Assembly (NCBI GenBank): GCA_964612675.1
Contig: CAZTDD010000026.1
Coordinates: forward strand, 1-59,258
DNA length: 59,258 nucleotides
From: an uncultured bacterium
GTDB lineage: Bacteria > Hinthialibacterota > Hinthialibacteria > Hinthialibacterales > JAKPRU01
Direction of reading: 5' to 3'
This document shows positions 1 to 9,690 of this stretch, in pieces (the first letter of the stretch is position 1; the number at the start of each line of letters is the position of its first letter). Below the pieces are notes generated by a model. The model was not told the DNA's origin, made no database searches, and saw only the letters and a list, made by a program, of their open reading frames with translations. The position numbers and the translations under genes were made by a program.

Positions 1-169
1 CCGAAGATCGGGGGAGGTTAGGAGGGGGTTGAAATCCGTATCCCAGACTTTTTGCAACCTCGTCGAGATTGGGGGAGAAAACGCTGCAGACACGCTCGTT
101 TTTTTCCTCCCCCGAGACCGGGGGAGGTGTAGGAGGGGGTTGAAATCCGTATCCCACACTTTTTGCGAC
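1..169. repeat. two ~58-bp direct repeats (period 110 bp), purine-rich CGGGGGAGGT-TAGGAGGGGGTTGAAATCCGTATCCCA-ACTTTTTGC
   Basis: Copy 1 at 1-58 and copy 2 at 111-169 differ by about 3 substitutions and 1 indel. A 52-nt unique spacer lies between them. The window edge truncates the context. Confidence 0.6.
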
Positions 170-220
170 GACGCTAAGTTTTGGGGTTACTTTGTTTTCA
201 ACAAACGTTACAATGTGCGT

Positions 221-814
221 ATGGCAAAAGACCCACTGAGTCGAAAGAAATCGGAAGCTCTTCTGAACCTGCACCTTCGCAAAGCCGAAGAAGAAACGTT
301 ACGAAATCCCGAAGTGCGCAAGATGGTGGAAGAGCTGCGCGAGATGTATCATAACGATCAAGAGGGAGTCTTCGCCGCCTTCGCCGTGACCGCACAAGAG
401 GACAAACCCAGCCAGAAGAGAGATCGCTCGAAACCTCCTCCGTCTAAGATCCCGCAGCTCCTGCTGATGCTATCCGAACTCTCTGAGCGCACTCCCGACA
501 TGTCCCCACCGTCGCACCCGAACGAACCCCAGCCGCTTCTGATGAGGGGTGGCGTTCCGACGGCTCCCCGGAAATCGTCACCAACAGAGAAGCCTCCTGA
601 GGATGAGCGACAACGGGAGCTAATCCAGAGAATTGAGGAAACAAAGCAACAGCTCGCGTCGATCAAAAAGGAAGAACCTCTCATTCGCGGCAAAAGGGGG
701 AAATACGGTCTTCCGGCGGAACGGCTGAAAGCCGAACGGATACTGCGAGAATTACCCGGACAGATCGCCCATATGGAGCATACCCTTCAGCTCATGCGGG
801 AAGGCGTTCTGTAA
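221..814 (+). CDS. hypothetical charged/Pro-rich protein (start uncertain)
   Basis: The ORF-track frame 29..814 begins with a TTG and reads through the upstream direct repeats. The first ATG is at 221 (MAKDPLSRKK...). No recognisable domain. Confidence 0.4.
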   Translation: MAKDPLSRKKSEALLNLHLRKAEEETLRNPEVRKMVEELREMYHNDQEGVFAAFAVTAQEDKPSQKRDRSKPPPSKIPQLLLMLSELSERTPDMSPPSHPNEPQPLLMRGGVPTAPRKSSPTEKPPEDERQRELIQRIEETKQQLASIKKEEPLIRGKRGKYGLPAERLKAERILRELPGQIAHMEHTLQLMREGVL

Positions 815-896
815 GGCGACCTTCCCCTTGAAGCGCCGGCCTTCGGATACCAAAATTACGATCGTTCACATTCATCATTAGGAGGTCATACAGAGC

Positions 897-1220
897 ATGC
901 CCGATGAAAGTCAAAAAGTAACGTTCCAGGATTTCATTTCTATGATATCGGGTTCCGCGATGGTCGGACTCGGGTTGATCCCCAACCCGATGACCAACAA
1001 GCAGGAAATCGATCTTCGGTCAGTCCAACACACAATTTCGATGTTGGAGATGATCCAAGAGAAAACCAAGGGCAATCTGACACAAGAGGAGGAAACGCTC
1101 CTCGAACAGATTCTGCATGAGTTACGGATGGGATATGTCTCGTTGCTCCAGCAGCAGGGCGGCACACCTCCCGAGCCTCCCGAAGAGGAAGAGAAACCGA
1201 GCCGGATTATCGTGCCGTGA
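897..1220 (+). CDS. DUF1844-family small protein
   Basis: ATG at 897 with an AGGAGGT RBS at 880-886. Motifs IPNPMTNKQEIDL..HTISMLEMIQEKTKGNL..EE..LLEQILHELRMGYV match my recollection of DUF1844. Confidence 0.55.
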   Translation: MPDESQKVTFQDFISMISGSAMVGLGLIPNPMTNKQEIDLRSVQHTISMLEMIQEKTKGNLTQEEETLLEQILHELRMGYVSLLQQQGGTPPEPPEEEEKPSRIIVP

Positions 1221-1272
1221 GAACGAGAACTCCGCATCAACTTTCTGAACTAATGACGGCCCTAAAGAGAGA

Positions 1273-2844
1273 TCATGATTCCGGGACAAACTCGTCCAGT
1301 CGCACCTTTGGGAGCTTCCGTAGAGTTGTATAGGTCGGGGGTTTCTCAGCCTCTATCTTGATCTCTTCGAGACCACGTCGCCGTCGTACCCCCGTATAGA
1401 ACGAATAATCTAGCAGGTACGCTTCATGCGTCTCACCGATTTTGCCGGGGTTAATACTAGGGTGAATCAAGTGGACGAGTCGTAGATCAACCAATTTCTG
1501 AAGGAGTCTGTACCCAGGGTGTCTTGGGTCCTGACGAACAAGAAAAGAGTTCCATTTGTGATCATCGAGGACCAGTCTCTTCAATTTGTCCAAAGCAAAG
1601 CGCAATGATTCACCGTCCTCGGAAGCATCTTGTTCGAGTTCAGCAGATTTTTCTTCTCCAAACTCTCCCACAGCCATGTTCACTTCTTCTATTCCAACGC
1701 GTTTTCTCCTATGCTGGATGGCAAATCCCACCGACCGTTCGAATAGCTGGAGGAAATCTCGAGGGACGCCCGCTGAACACCACACCAACCGATCAATCGC
1801 CCGGTCATGCATAATTTGGTTCGTTCTGGAGAACCCGCACTCTTTCAAAAACTGCTTCAGAACGGAAACAAGGTGCTCGCGAGCCGAAGCCGGATCGACA
1901 AGTGTTAGGTCCAAATAAATGTGCTGAACGTCGCCGGGCTGCTGCAACCCCATTCGCTGTGCGGGTTGATATAGACAAATGAAATTCTTGACGCCGGCGA
2001 TTTTCAGGCATCCCCCTGTTCCTTTCAAGATAGAGTGCAGCAACTCGAACATCTGGGGCTGCAATGCAGAGTCCAGAAGGTGCGCATCGTCCAGAAAAAC
2101 GAAGAGATTTCTGCCTGTTCTCCGGGTGAATCCTCGCACAAGCCTCTTGAGCTCCGGCACAAGTTTGCGAATCGTTGCCACGGAAAGTCTCGACGGAGAA
2201 GAGTTCATCAGGTCTGTGACTTCCCTGTGACCATGGACGAACTCAAGTGGGGCCTCAGTACCATTCCTTTCAAAAGAATCTATACACTCGCCAAAAATCT
2301 CGGCCAGGACTTCTGATATCGCGACTGCGTCGTCTCTACCCTTGTAAGGCTGCAAATCAAGCCAGATAGGGAGATCATTGTTTTGAATCACTTTGCGATA
2401 CGCCGTCAAAATCAAACTTGATTTCCCGACCCCGCGTCGACCTAAGATCGCGTGGTTGACAGGTTGAATAACCTTTTGTTCCTCTCCAGCACGAAAAGGC
2501 ACGAACTCCACCGACACTCCCCTATCGAGGGCATCGCTGGTTATCCGAAGCGTTCGTGAGATGAGAGATCGAAGTAACTGAACCTCCATTGAAGAGATGA
2601 CGTTTGGCACCTTCTCAACCTCGAGACTCAGCCTTCCTCGATACGGATGATCCATCGGCAAGCGGTCATTTATCTCAGCGAGTGCACGTTTGTAAATCGG
2701 AGCGTCGCGCCCCACTCGGAAACGGAGAAACACCTCGGGTCCGGCACGTTCCTCGTCTGTGTCCACATCTCTTATGCCCGTGCGTGCCAGGAATTCACGA
2801 CGGATGTCTTCAACTGATTCCTGCAGAGCGGAGATATTATTCAT
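1273..2844 (-). CDS. AAA+/STAND-like P-loop NTPase (Walker A GRRGVGKSS, Walker B FVFLDDAH)
   Basis: 523 aa. Walker A is near residue 135 and an hhhhDD Walker B about 70 aa later. GAGGAG RBS present. The ATG overlaps the stop of the upstream HEPN gene (ATGA). Confidence 0.7.
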   Translation of the reverse strand: MNNISALQESVEDIRREFLARTGIRDVDTDEERAGPEVFLRFRVGRDAPIYKRALAEINDRLPMDHPYRGRLSLEVEKVPNVISSMEVQLLRSLISRTLRITSDALDRGVSVEFVPFRAGEEQKVIQPVNHAILGRRGVGKSSLILTAYRKVIQNNDLPIWLDLQPYKGRDDAVAISEVLAEIFGECIDSFERNGTEAPLEFVHGHREVTDLMNSSPSRLSVATIRKLVPELKRLVRGFTRRTGRNLFVFLDDAHLLDSALQPQMFELLHSILKGTGGCLKIAGVKNFICLYQPAQRMGLQQPGDVQHIYLDLTLVDPASAREHLVSVLKQFLKECGFSRTNQIMHDRAIDRLVWCSAGVPRDFLQLFERSVGFAIQHRRKRVGIEEVNMAVGEFGEEKSAELEQDASEDGESLRFALDKLKRLVLDDHKWNSFLVRQDPRHPGYRLLQKLVDLRLVHLIHPSINPGKIGETHEAYLLDYSFYTGVRRRRGLEEIKIEAEKPPTYTTLRKLPKVRLDEFVPES

Positions 2845-3341
2845 AGTCTCACTCCTCTTTGCCTAAGATAATCACGGCAAAGGCGAAGAAACTGCCGCGT
2901 CAGCCGTAAGGCGTCATCCGGTTCATGTATGATGTTTCGCCGGACGTCATGCCAAGGCTCATAATCGGCTATGTTCCGGTCTCGCCGCAAATCCGTTGCG
3001 AAACTCGACCATTGAGACCGCTCGGGAAAATCCTTCGGCAGGTCTCCTACTTCCTGGTGGTTATCCTTGACGCAGCCTTCGCTGCAATAGCGAACACTCT
3101 TTGAACTGTTGTATATCGCGTAATAGCAACGAGACAACATAGAGCGCCACTGCCTTCGTGAGCCAGACAGATGCTCGGCTGCCCGAAGGTGCTGCTGAGC
3201 GAGGCGAAACCATCTTTTCGAGATCTCATTTGCGGGTTCCTTTAGCCAGGAGAGATCCACCTCTCCCGCGTATCGAGACAAGATGCGATGGACTTTTTGA
3301 TGGTTTTCCAGCCCGAGAAACTCCGGTCGTTTGTCCCGCAT
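2841..3341 (-). CDS. HEPN-domain protein, paralog of the HEPN at 19965-20351
   Basis: 166 aa. Shares with the other HEPN ORF the blocks L.AAE.L...YYA, D..RxxxDY[ED] and A.[QE]FL...R.YL. The 4-nt overlap couples it to the downstream ATPase. Confidence 0.6.
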   Translation of the reverse strand: MRDKRPEFLGLENHQKVHRILSRYAGEVDLSWLKEPANEISKRWFRLAQQHLRAAEHLSGSRRQWRSMLSRCYYAIYNSSKSVRYCSEGCVKDNHQEVGDLPKDFPERSQWSSFATDLRRDRNIADYEPWHDVRRNIIHEPDDALRLTRQFLRLCRDYLRQRGVRL

Positions 3342-3546
3342 TTATTGCTCGCCTTTTCTGCCCGTCACCGAGATCAACATACAACAGGACGCGTAACTCA
3401 GAAAATCAGCAAGTCTTTCAAATTAACGTTCGCATGAGCGTTCAGTGTGTCGGCAATGGGCTCCGCCCGAAGGCCACACCGCGTGTATTGAAAACTCGCG
3501 AAATCAATGAACCTGGAACGCATCACCTTATTCACCCATCCACCGC

Positions 3547-4299
3547 CTACGCGGTCACGGCGGCCATTACCTCATCCGGTATATCAAAATTCGCGTAAAC
3601 ATTCTGCACGTCATCGTGCTCTTCCAGATACTCCATTAACTTGAGCATCGTTTCCGCATTCTTGCCTTCCAGCTGGATCGTATTCGCCGGGATCATGGTA
3701 ATCTCCGCCATTTCGGGAGTAATCCCCAGACCGGTTATGGCATCTTTGACCGATTCAAAGTCCGGCACTTCAGTAACAACCTCAAAAATGCCGTCTTCTT
3801 CCTTGACATCTTCCGCACCAGCCTCAATAGCTGCTTCCATCATCGCATCTTCATCCTGGACGGCGGATCGATTGAATGTGATAAGCCCTTTCCGGTTGAA
3901 GAGATAGGATACGCAGCCCGATTCCCCGAGGTTTCCACCGTATTTTGAGAAAAGGTGCCGAATCTCGGCGGTTGTCCGGTTTTTGTTGTCGGTGACCGCC
4001 TCAACAAACACGGCGACACCTCCGGGGCCGTACCCTTCGTAGCTGACCTCTTCGTAGCTGACGCCTTCAATTTCGCCGGTACCCTTTTTGATCGCGTTGT
4101 CGATATTCTTGGCGGGCATATTGGCGTTCTTCGCCGCGCCCATGGCGGTACGCAAACGCGGATTCATGTCCGGGTCGCCGCCGCCTTCACGTGCGGCAAT
4201 GGTGATCTCCTTAATGAGCTTAGTGAAGATCTTGCCACGCTGCGCATCCATCTTCGCCTTCTTATGCTTAATAGTGCTCCACTTCGAGTGCCCTGACAT
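3547..4299 (-). CDS. yebC: YebC/PmpR-family transcriptional regulator
   Basis: N-terminus [28 protein letters not shown] and full-length similarity to the DUF28/YebC family. Confidence 0.93.
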   Translation of the reverse strand: MSGHSKWSTIKHKKAKMDAQRGKIFTKLIKEITIAAREGGGDPDMNPRLRTAMGAAKNANMPAKNIDNAIKKGTGEIEGVSYEEVSYEGYGPGGVAVFVEAVTDNKNRTTAEIRHLFSKYGGNLGESGCVSYLFNRKGLITFNRSAVQDEDAMMEAAIEAGAEDVKEEDGIFEVVTEVPDFESVKDAITGLGITPEMAEITMIPANTIQLEGKNAETMLKLMEYLEEHDDVQNVYANFDIPDEVMAAVTA

Positions 4300-4430
4300 G
4301 GACCCGGAACCTCCTTTTACCTGTCATCGAGAACGATGAAGCACACCTGTCTCGTTCACTGATCCTAAATGTACCATAGCGCTGTCACGCGAACAAGCCG
4401 CAGACCAATTTGCTCAATAAATGCGACGTT

Positions 4431-5717
4431 CTACGCAAGAATTTGCGGCAACAAAAGCGAGATCTGAGGAAACACAACCAGAACCACAAGCGCCAAAAAC
4501 TCGGCGACTATAAACTTCACCACGGCCCAAGACACGCTTGCAACCGGCACACCGCATACCGAGGAGGCGACGAAGAGGTTTACCCCAACCGGCGGTGTGC
4601 TCTGGCCAATAGCCAGATTGACCACAACCATCACCCCAAAATGGACCGGATCGATCCCCAACGATCGAATGACCGGCAAGAAGATGGGTACAAAGATGTA
4701 GATCAACGATATCGCATCGATGAAACAGCCGGCGATCAGCAGAACCGCATTGACAAGCAGAAGAATCGCGTAGCGGTTCCCTGAAATGGATAGAGTCAGA
4801 TCCACAAGACTCTGCGTAAGGCCGGATGAATGCAAAACGAACGAAAAGAGAGACGCGCACGCCACAAGAAACAGTACCTGGGCCGAGGTTTTCGCTGCAT
4901 CATAAAAGGCACGCCCCAGCTCTCTCCATTTCATTTCCCGGTACCAGACCCATTCGAGCAGAAGGATGTACATGACAACAGCCGCCGCGGATTCCGTGGC
5001 TGTGAAGATCCCTCGGTAAATACCCCCAAGGATGATCAAAGGCGCCATCAGACCGCCCAGCGCACCAACACCGGCCTGAACCAACTCCCGAGCCGTTGTT
5101 TCTTTGCGACCCGCGCGCGCAGGGGCGCAGAACATGACGACGATGATGAGAACACCACTCACCAGAATTCCGGGAAGAATCCCCGCAAAAAACAATTTGT
5201 TGACCGATACTTCAGCCACCACACCGTACAAAATCAGCGCGATACTCGGCGGTACAATGATCCCGATGCCGCCTCCGACCGCCAGCAAGGCGGCGGCCGT
5301 CGAATTGGTGTAACCGGAAGCCACCAGAGGCGGATACAGGAGCATTCCCAAAGCGGCTACATCCGCAGGCCCGGAACCTGAGATTCCCGCGAATAGCAAC
5401 GATGCGACAACCGCAACGATTCCCATCCCTCCGCGCACGTTTCGGATCAGAAGGTCAATGAATCGGATCAGGCGGACGGAAAGTCCACTGGCACCAAGCA
5501 GACGGCCTGCAACCAGAAACAAAGGAACCGCAAGAAGAGTAAAAGAATCGTAGGCTCCGAGGATAGTGTGAGGAATAACGGTCAGTGGAGTAACCGGGTC
5601 GAAAATGACGAGGCAGAGTATGGCGGACAATGCCAAAGAAACGGCAATCGGGACCTCGCAGAAAAGCAAGGTCCCGAACGTACCGAATAGAACAATGGCT
5701 GTCAGTGTTTGAGACAC
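4431..5717 (-). CDS. dctM: TRAP transporter large permease (DctM family), orphan
   Basis: 428-aa polytopic membrane protein with DctM-like glycine-rich TM blocks. GTG start. No dctQ or dctP nearby. It sits 48 nt downstream of ilvC. Confidence 0.75.
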   Translation of the reverse strand: MSQTLTAIVLFGTFGTLLFCEVPIAVSLALSAILCLVIFDPVTPLTVIPHTILGAYDSFTLLAVPLFLVAGRLLGASGLSVRLIRFIDLLIRNVRGGMGIVAVVASLLFAGISGSGPADVAALGMLLYPPLVASGYTNSTAAALLAVGGGIGIIVPPSIALILYGVVAEVSVNKLFFAGILPGILVSGVLIIVVMFCAPARAGRKETTARELVQAGVGALGGLMAPLIILGGIYRGIFTATESAAAVVMYILLLEWVWYREMKWRELGRAFYDAAKTSAQVLFLVACASLFSFVLHSSGLTQSLVDLTLSISGNRYAILLLVNAVLLIAGCFIDAISLIYIFVPIFLPVIRSLGIDPVHFGVMVVVNLAIGQSTPPVGVNLFVASSVCGVPVASVSWAVVKFIVAEFLALVVLVVFPQISLLLPQILA

Positions 5718-5764
5718 TCAATTATAGCGGCAAACGCAGAATCCGGGGTTGTGAGTTTCCCTCG

Positions 5765-6793
5765 CTATTTCTCATCCATCTTGGCTTCACCAAGCGCGGA
5801 TCCTTTCTGCTTGATAAACGGCATCATGCCCCGGAGTTCGCGCCCGACTTTTTCTAGAAGCGAACGACGGTCTTTCTCACGGAGAGCGTTGAATACCGGC
5901 CGGTTGGCCTGATTCTCGAGAATCCACTCACGGGCGAACTCGCCGTTCTGGATCTCGGCAAGGATCTTGCGCATCTCTTTGCGAGTTTCTTCCGTAATAA
6001 CACGCGGTCCACGGGAAAGGTCGCCGTATTCGGCGGTATCCGAGACCGAATAACGCATCCCTGAAATCCCCGCTTCATAAATCAAATCGACGATCAGTTT
6101 TGTCTCGTGCAGGCATTCGAAATACGCCATCTCCGGCTGATACCCCGCTTCGACGAGCGTCTCAAAGCCGGCTTTGATCAATGCGCTGATGCCCCCGCAC
6201 AGGACAACTTGCTCGCCGAACAAATCGGTTTCGGTTTCTTCCTCGAAACTCGTCTCGATGACACCGGCGCGTGTTCCGCCGACTCCTTTGGCGTACGCCA
6301 ACGCCGTTTTCTTCGCGTCGCCGGAGGCATCCTGGTGGATGGCGATCAAACAAGGCACGCCACTTCCTTCGACATAGGTTTTTCGGAGCAGATGTCCCGG
6401 TCCCTTCGGAGCGACCATGATCACATCGATATCGTCCGGAGGCACGATCTGCCCGAAATGGATGTTGAAACCATGGGCGAAAAGCAGCGTCTGACCTTTT
6501 TTGAGGTTCGGGCCGATTTCCGCTTTGTACACAGCCGCCTGAACCTGGTCGGGAACCGCCATGGTCAGCACGGCCGCCTTCTTGGCCAGTTCCGATGCGG
6601 AGACCGGCTTAAAGCCGTGCGAAACGGCGAGCTCATAGTTCGGTCCCGGCACTTCCGCTACCATGACGTCGAGACCGCTGTCCCGAAGGTTCTGCGCATG
6701 CGCGTGGCCTTGGCTGCCGTACCCCACGATCCCAATGGTCTTTCCCTTCAACAAATTCAGGTCTGCGTCCTTGTCGTAATACATTGTTGCCAT
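5765..6793 (-). CDS. ilvC: ketol-acid reductoisomerase
   Basis: [20 protein letters not shown] Rossmann motif and full-length IlvC similarity. GAGGAG RBS. Confidence 0.96.
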   Translation of the reverse strand: MATMYYDKDADLNLLKGKTIGIVGYGSQGHAHAQNLRDSGLDVMVAEVPGPNYELAVSHGFKPVSASELAKKAAVLTMAVPDQVQAAVYKAEIGPNLKKGQTLLFAHGFNIHFGQIVPPDDIDVIMVAPKGPGHLLRKTYVEGSGVPCLIAIHQDASGDAKKTALAYAKGVGGTRAGVIETSFEEETETDLFGEQVVLCGGISALIKAGFETLVEAGYQPEMAYFECLHETKLIVDLIYEAGISGMRYSVSDTAEYGDLSRGPRVITEETRKEMRKILAEIQNGEFAREWILENQANRPVFNALREKDRRSLLEKVGRELRGMMPFIKQKGSALGEAKMDEK

Positions 6794-6961
6794 CTTGTTT
6801 CTCCTCGAAGCGATATTAGAAAAACTATGCTCGGTTTCGCTACACTCGTCTAGAGCGGTAGTCGAATACGCGTTACTTTACAACGTGCATACCGGTGGTT
6901 GTAGACTCACGATCTTCGCGCAAATAAAGGTCTCCTCAAGAAGAACATACGCCAGCCAGCC

Positions 6962-7525
6962 TCATACTGCTTCTAGAACGGGCTCAGCGGTTTGCGCCTG
7001 ACCGTTTCGAAGCCCACGCGCCATCGCGACGCGACCGGACCGGGCAACCTCGACAACGTCGTAAGAACCCAGACACCGCAGCAAAGCCTCGATTTTTCCT
7101 TCAGCGCCGGTGCCTCTCAGAATCATTGAATCTTCGGACAGATCGACGATTTTCGCACGATAGACATCGGCAATTTGTAGGATCTCGTTACGCTCTCTCC
7201 CGTCCTTTATCGCTACCTTGATCAATATCAACTCGCGGTCCACGATGTCGCGCGTCTCGATCGAGAAATCATGGACCTCGTGAACGTCGATCAGTTTCCC
7301 CAGTTGTTTACGTACCTGGTCCATAATTCGATCATCGCCGCAAACAACGATCGTCATCCGAGAGACCTGCGGATCGTCAGTCTCTGCAACGGTCAGGCTC
7401 TCGATATTGAATCCCCGGGCCGAGAAAAGCCCCGCCACGCGGGCCAAGACTCCCGAGCGATTCTCCACCAGGACGAAGAAGATATGTCGAAGCATGTCTT
7501 GTTTGTTGTTTTTTGCGCTGCTCAT
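6962..7525 (-). CDS. ilvN: acetolactate synthase small (regulatory) subunit
   Basis: ACT domain HIFFVLVENRSGVLARVAGLFSARGFNIESL. GGAGGA RBS. Confidence 0.9.
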   Translation of the reverse strand: MSSAKNNKQDMLRHIFFVLVENRSGVLARVAGLFSARGFNIESLTVAETDDPQVSRMTIVVCGDDRIMDQVRKQLGKLIDVHEVHDFSIETRDIVDRELILIKVAIKDGRERNEILQIADVYRAKIVDLSEDSMILRGTGAEGKIEALLRCLGSYDVVEVARSGRVAMARGLRNGQAQTAEPVLEAV

Positions 7526-7543
7526 GATTTCCTCCAGACAAAA

Positions 7544-9304
7544 TCACGCCATGCCTTCCAGCATTTGGTTTAGTGAAGCGCCCGCGGGCACCATCGGATA
7601 TACGTTCTCTTCCCGAGCCACCCACACATCGATCAGGCAGGGAGAATCGTTACTGAATGCCTCCTGCAATGCCGGTTCGAGCTCGGATCGTGTTTTCACT
7701 TGTCTACCCCACGCCCCGTAAGCCTCCGCCAGCTTGGCAAAGTCCGGCAGATACTCCGCGTCCATCCACGAACCGTGGGACGACGCCCGCCGCGTCAGCT
7801 CCGTTGCGGAGTAATTCTTCTTGTAGAACAGATCCTGCCACTGCCTCACCATTCCCAGCCAGCCGTTGTTGGAAATCACGACTTTCACCGGCAGATTGTA
7901 GTAAACCGCAGTCGCCAGCTCTTGTATGGTCATCTGAAGCGACCCATCGCCCGCGATATCAATCACCATACGGCCGGGGTTGCCCGCCTGAGCGCCGATC
8001 GCCGCCGGGAACCCATATCCCATCGTTCCGAGACCGCCCGACGTCAAGAATGTACGAGGATAGCGGAACGTGTAGTACTGAGCCGTCCACATCTGATGTT
8101 GACCGACCTCGCTGGCCACAATCGCGTCCTCCGGTGCCAGTTTATTGACCATCTCGACCAGATACTGAGGCTTGATTTCGTCGCCTTCCATTCCGTTGTA
8201 CGCCAACGGATGTTGACGTTTCCATTCTTGAACCTGTTTGACCCATTCTTCCGTGTCGCACGGCTCCACGAGCTTGTTCAGATCTCCCAGGATATGCTTC
8301 ACATCGCCCACAAGATCGACATCCACCTTCACATTCTTGCTGATCGACGAGGGATCGATGTCCATATGGATAACTTTCGCATGTGGGGCGAACTCGTCGA
8401 TTTTCCCCGTCACCCGGTCGTCGAATCGCGATCCGGCTGCAATCAGAACATCGCACGCTTGGATCGCCTTGTTGGCATAGATTGTCCCATGCATGCCAAG
8501 CATGTGCACTGAGAGCGCGTGGTTCTCCGGAAACCCACCCAATCCCATCAGCGTGGTGGTCACAGGAATATTAGCTCGGGTAGCGAATAAAAAGAGATCG
8601 TCCGCCGCATTCGAGTTGATCACACCGCCACCCGCATAAACCAACGGCCGCTTCCCGTTTTTGATCAACTCCCACGCTTTTTGTACTTTGTCGAGAGACG
8701 CCGACATCTGCACGTGATAACCGGGAAGATCCGGTTCCGCCGGGTATTCATAATCTTCGAGCGTGCCTTTCTGCACATCTTTCGGAATATCGATCACCAC
8801 CGGCCCCGGTCTGCCCGTCCGGGCAATATGAAAGGCATTCTTAATGATCGGCGCCAATTCCTCCGTGGTTTTGACGAGGTAGTTGTGTTTTGTAACCGGA
8901 CGCGTAATGCCGACCACATCCGCCTCTTGGAACGCATCGTTCCCGATCAGCGGTGTCGGTACCTGCCCCGAAATCACCACAAGAGGAGTCGAGTCCATGT
9001 ACGCGTTCGCCAAACCGGTCACGGTGTTCGTGGCTCCCGGGCCGGATGTGACGAGAACCACACCAACCTTCCCGGTCGAACGCGCATATCCCTCGGCCAT
9101 GTGCATCGCGCCCTGCTCGTGACGAACAAGAATGAACTTTATCTTCTTCGACATGTTGATCTGGTCAAATACGTCGATGATGGCGCCTCCGGGAAAACCG
9201 AACACCACCTCGACGCCTTCCTTTTCCAGGGCGTCAATCACAATCTCGCATCCGCGCGCCGCACGCTTCGCATCCAGTTCTTGAGCAGTTTCCGTGGTTG
9301 CCAT
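7544..9304 (-). CDS. ilvB: acetolactate synthase large subunit (TPP-dependent)
   Basis: Full-length ALS/TPP enzyme similarity. The track start at 9310 has its RBS abutting the codon, so the second ATG (9304) was chosen. Confidence 0.93.
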   Translation of the reverse strand: MATTETAQELDAKRAARGCEIVIDALEKEGVEVVFGFPGGAIIDVFDQINMSKKIKFILVRHEQGAMHMAEGYARSTGKVGVVLVTSGPGATNTVTGLANAYMDSTPLVVISGQVPTPLIGNDAFQEADVVGITRPVTKHNYLVKTTEELAPIIKNAFHIARTGRPGPVVIDIPKDVQKGTLEDYEYPAEPDLPGYHVQMSASLDKVQKAWELIKNGKRPLVYAGGGVINSNAADDLFLFATRANIPVTTTLMGLGGFPENHALSVHMLGMHGTIYANKAIQACDVLIAAGSRFDDRVTGKIDEFAPHAKVIHMDIDPSSISKNVKVDVDLVGDVKHILGDLNKLVEPCDTEEWVKQVQEWKRQHPLAYNGMEGDEIKPQYLVEMVNKLAPEDAIVASEVGQHQMWTAQYYTFRYPRTFLTSGGLGTMGYGFPAAIGAQAGNPGRMVIDIAGDGSLQMTIQELATAVYYNLPVKVVISNNGWLGMVRQWQDLFYKKNYSATELTRRASSHGSWMDAEYLPDFAKLAEAYGAWGRQVKTRSELEPALQEAFSNDSPCLIDVWVAREENVYPMVPAGASLNQMLEGMA

Positions 9305-9690
9305 GATCATTCCTCCGGCCTTCTGAATACTTGAGGATAAACCTCCGTCCCTATAAATGAAAAAGGTCGCGGACGTCTTTTCGCCCGCGACCTTTGGGAT
9401 TGACTCTTGGCTCGACCTTTATCTCCCATCGGTCGCGGACGCACGTATGGATACAACAACGACGACCGCGCCGAGAGAAAGACTATGGGGAAGAAAGGCC
9501 GATGTTTCCATGATTACTGGCGATACTCTAACGAACGGGCTGAATCGAGTCAAGTTAGGGGGCTTGTTTTTGAAATTTGTCAAGCGTGCTGGACGCCGCG
9601 TTCGTTTTGACGGACAATTGCATCGGACAGTCCGAGACCGGATTCGGCTGTCTTTGTACATAAGCTCTGCGTCACAGGAGGAACCTGAAC

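Noticed and set aside
1-169. CRISPR array at the window start
   Set aside because: There are only two copies. The unit is 58 bp (longer than typical repeats) and has several mismatches plus an indel. No cas genes are in the window. Kept only as an unexplained direct repeat.
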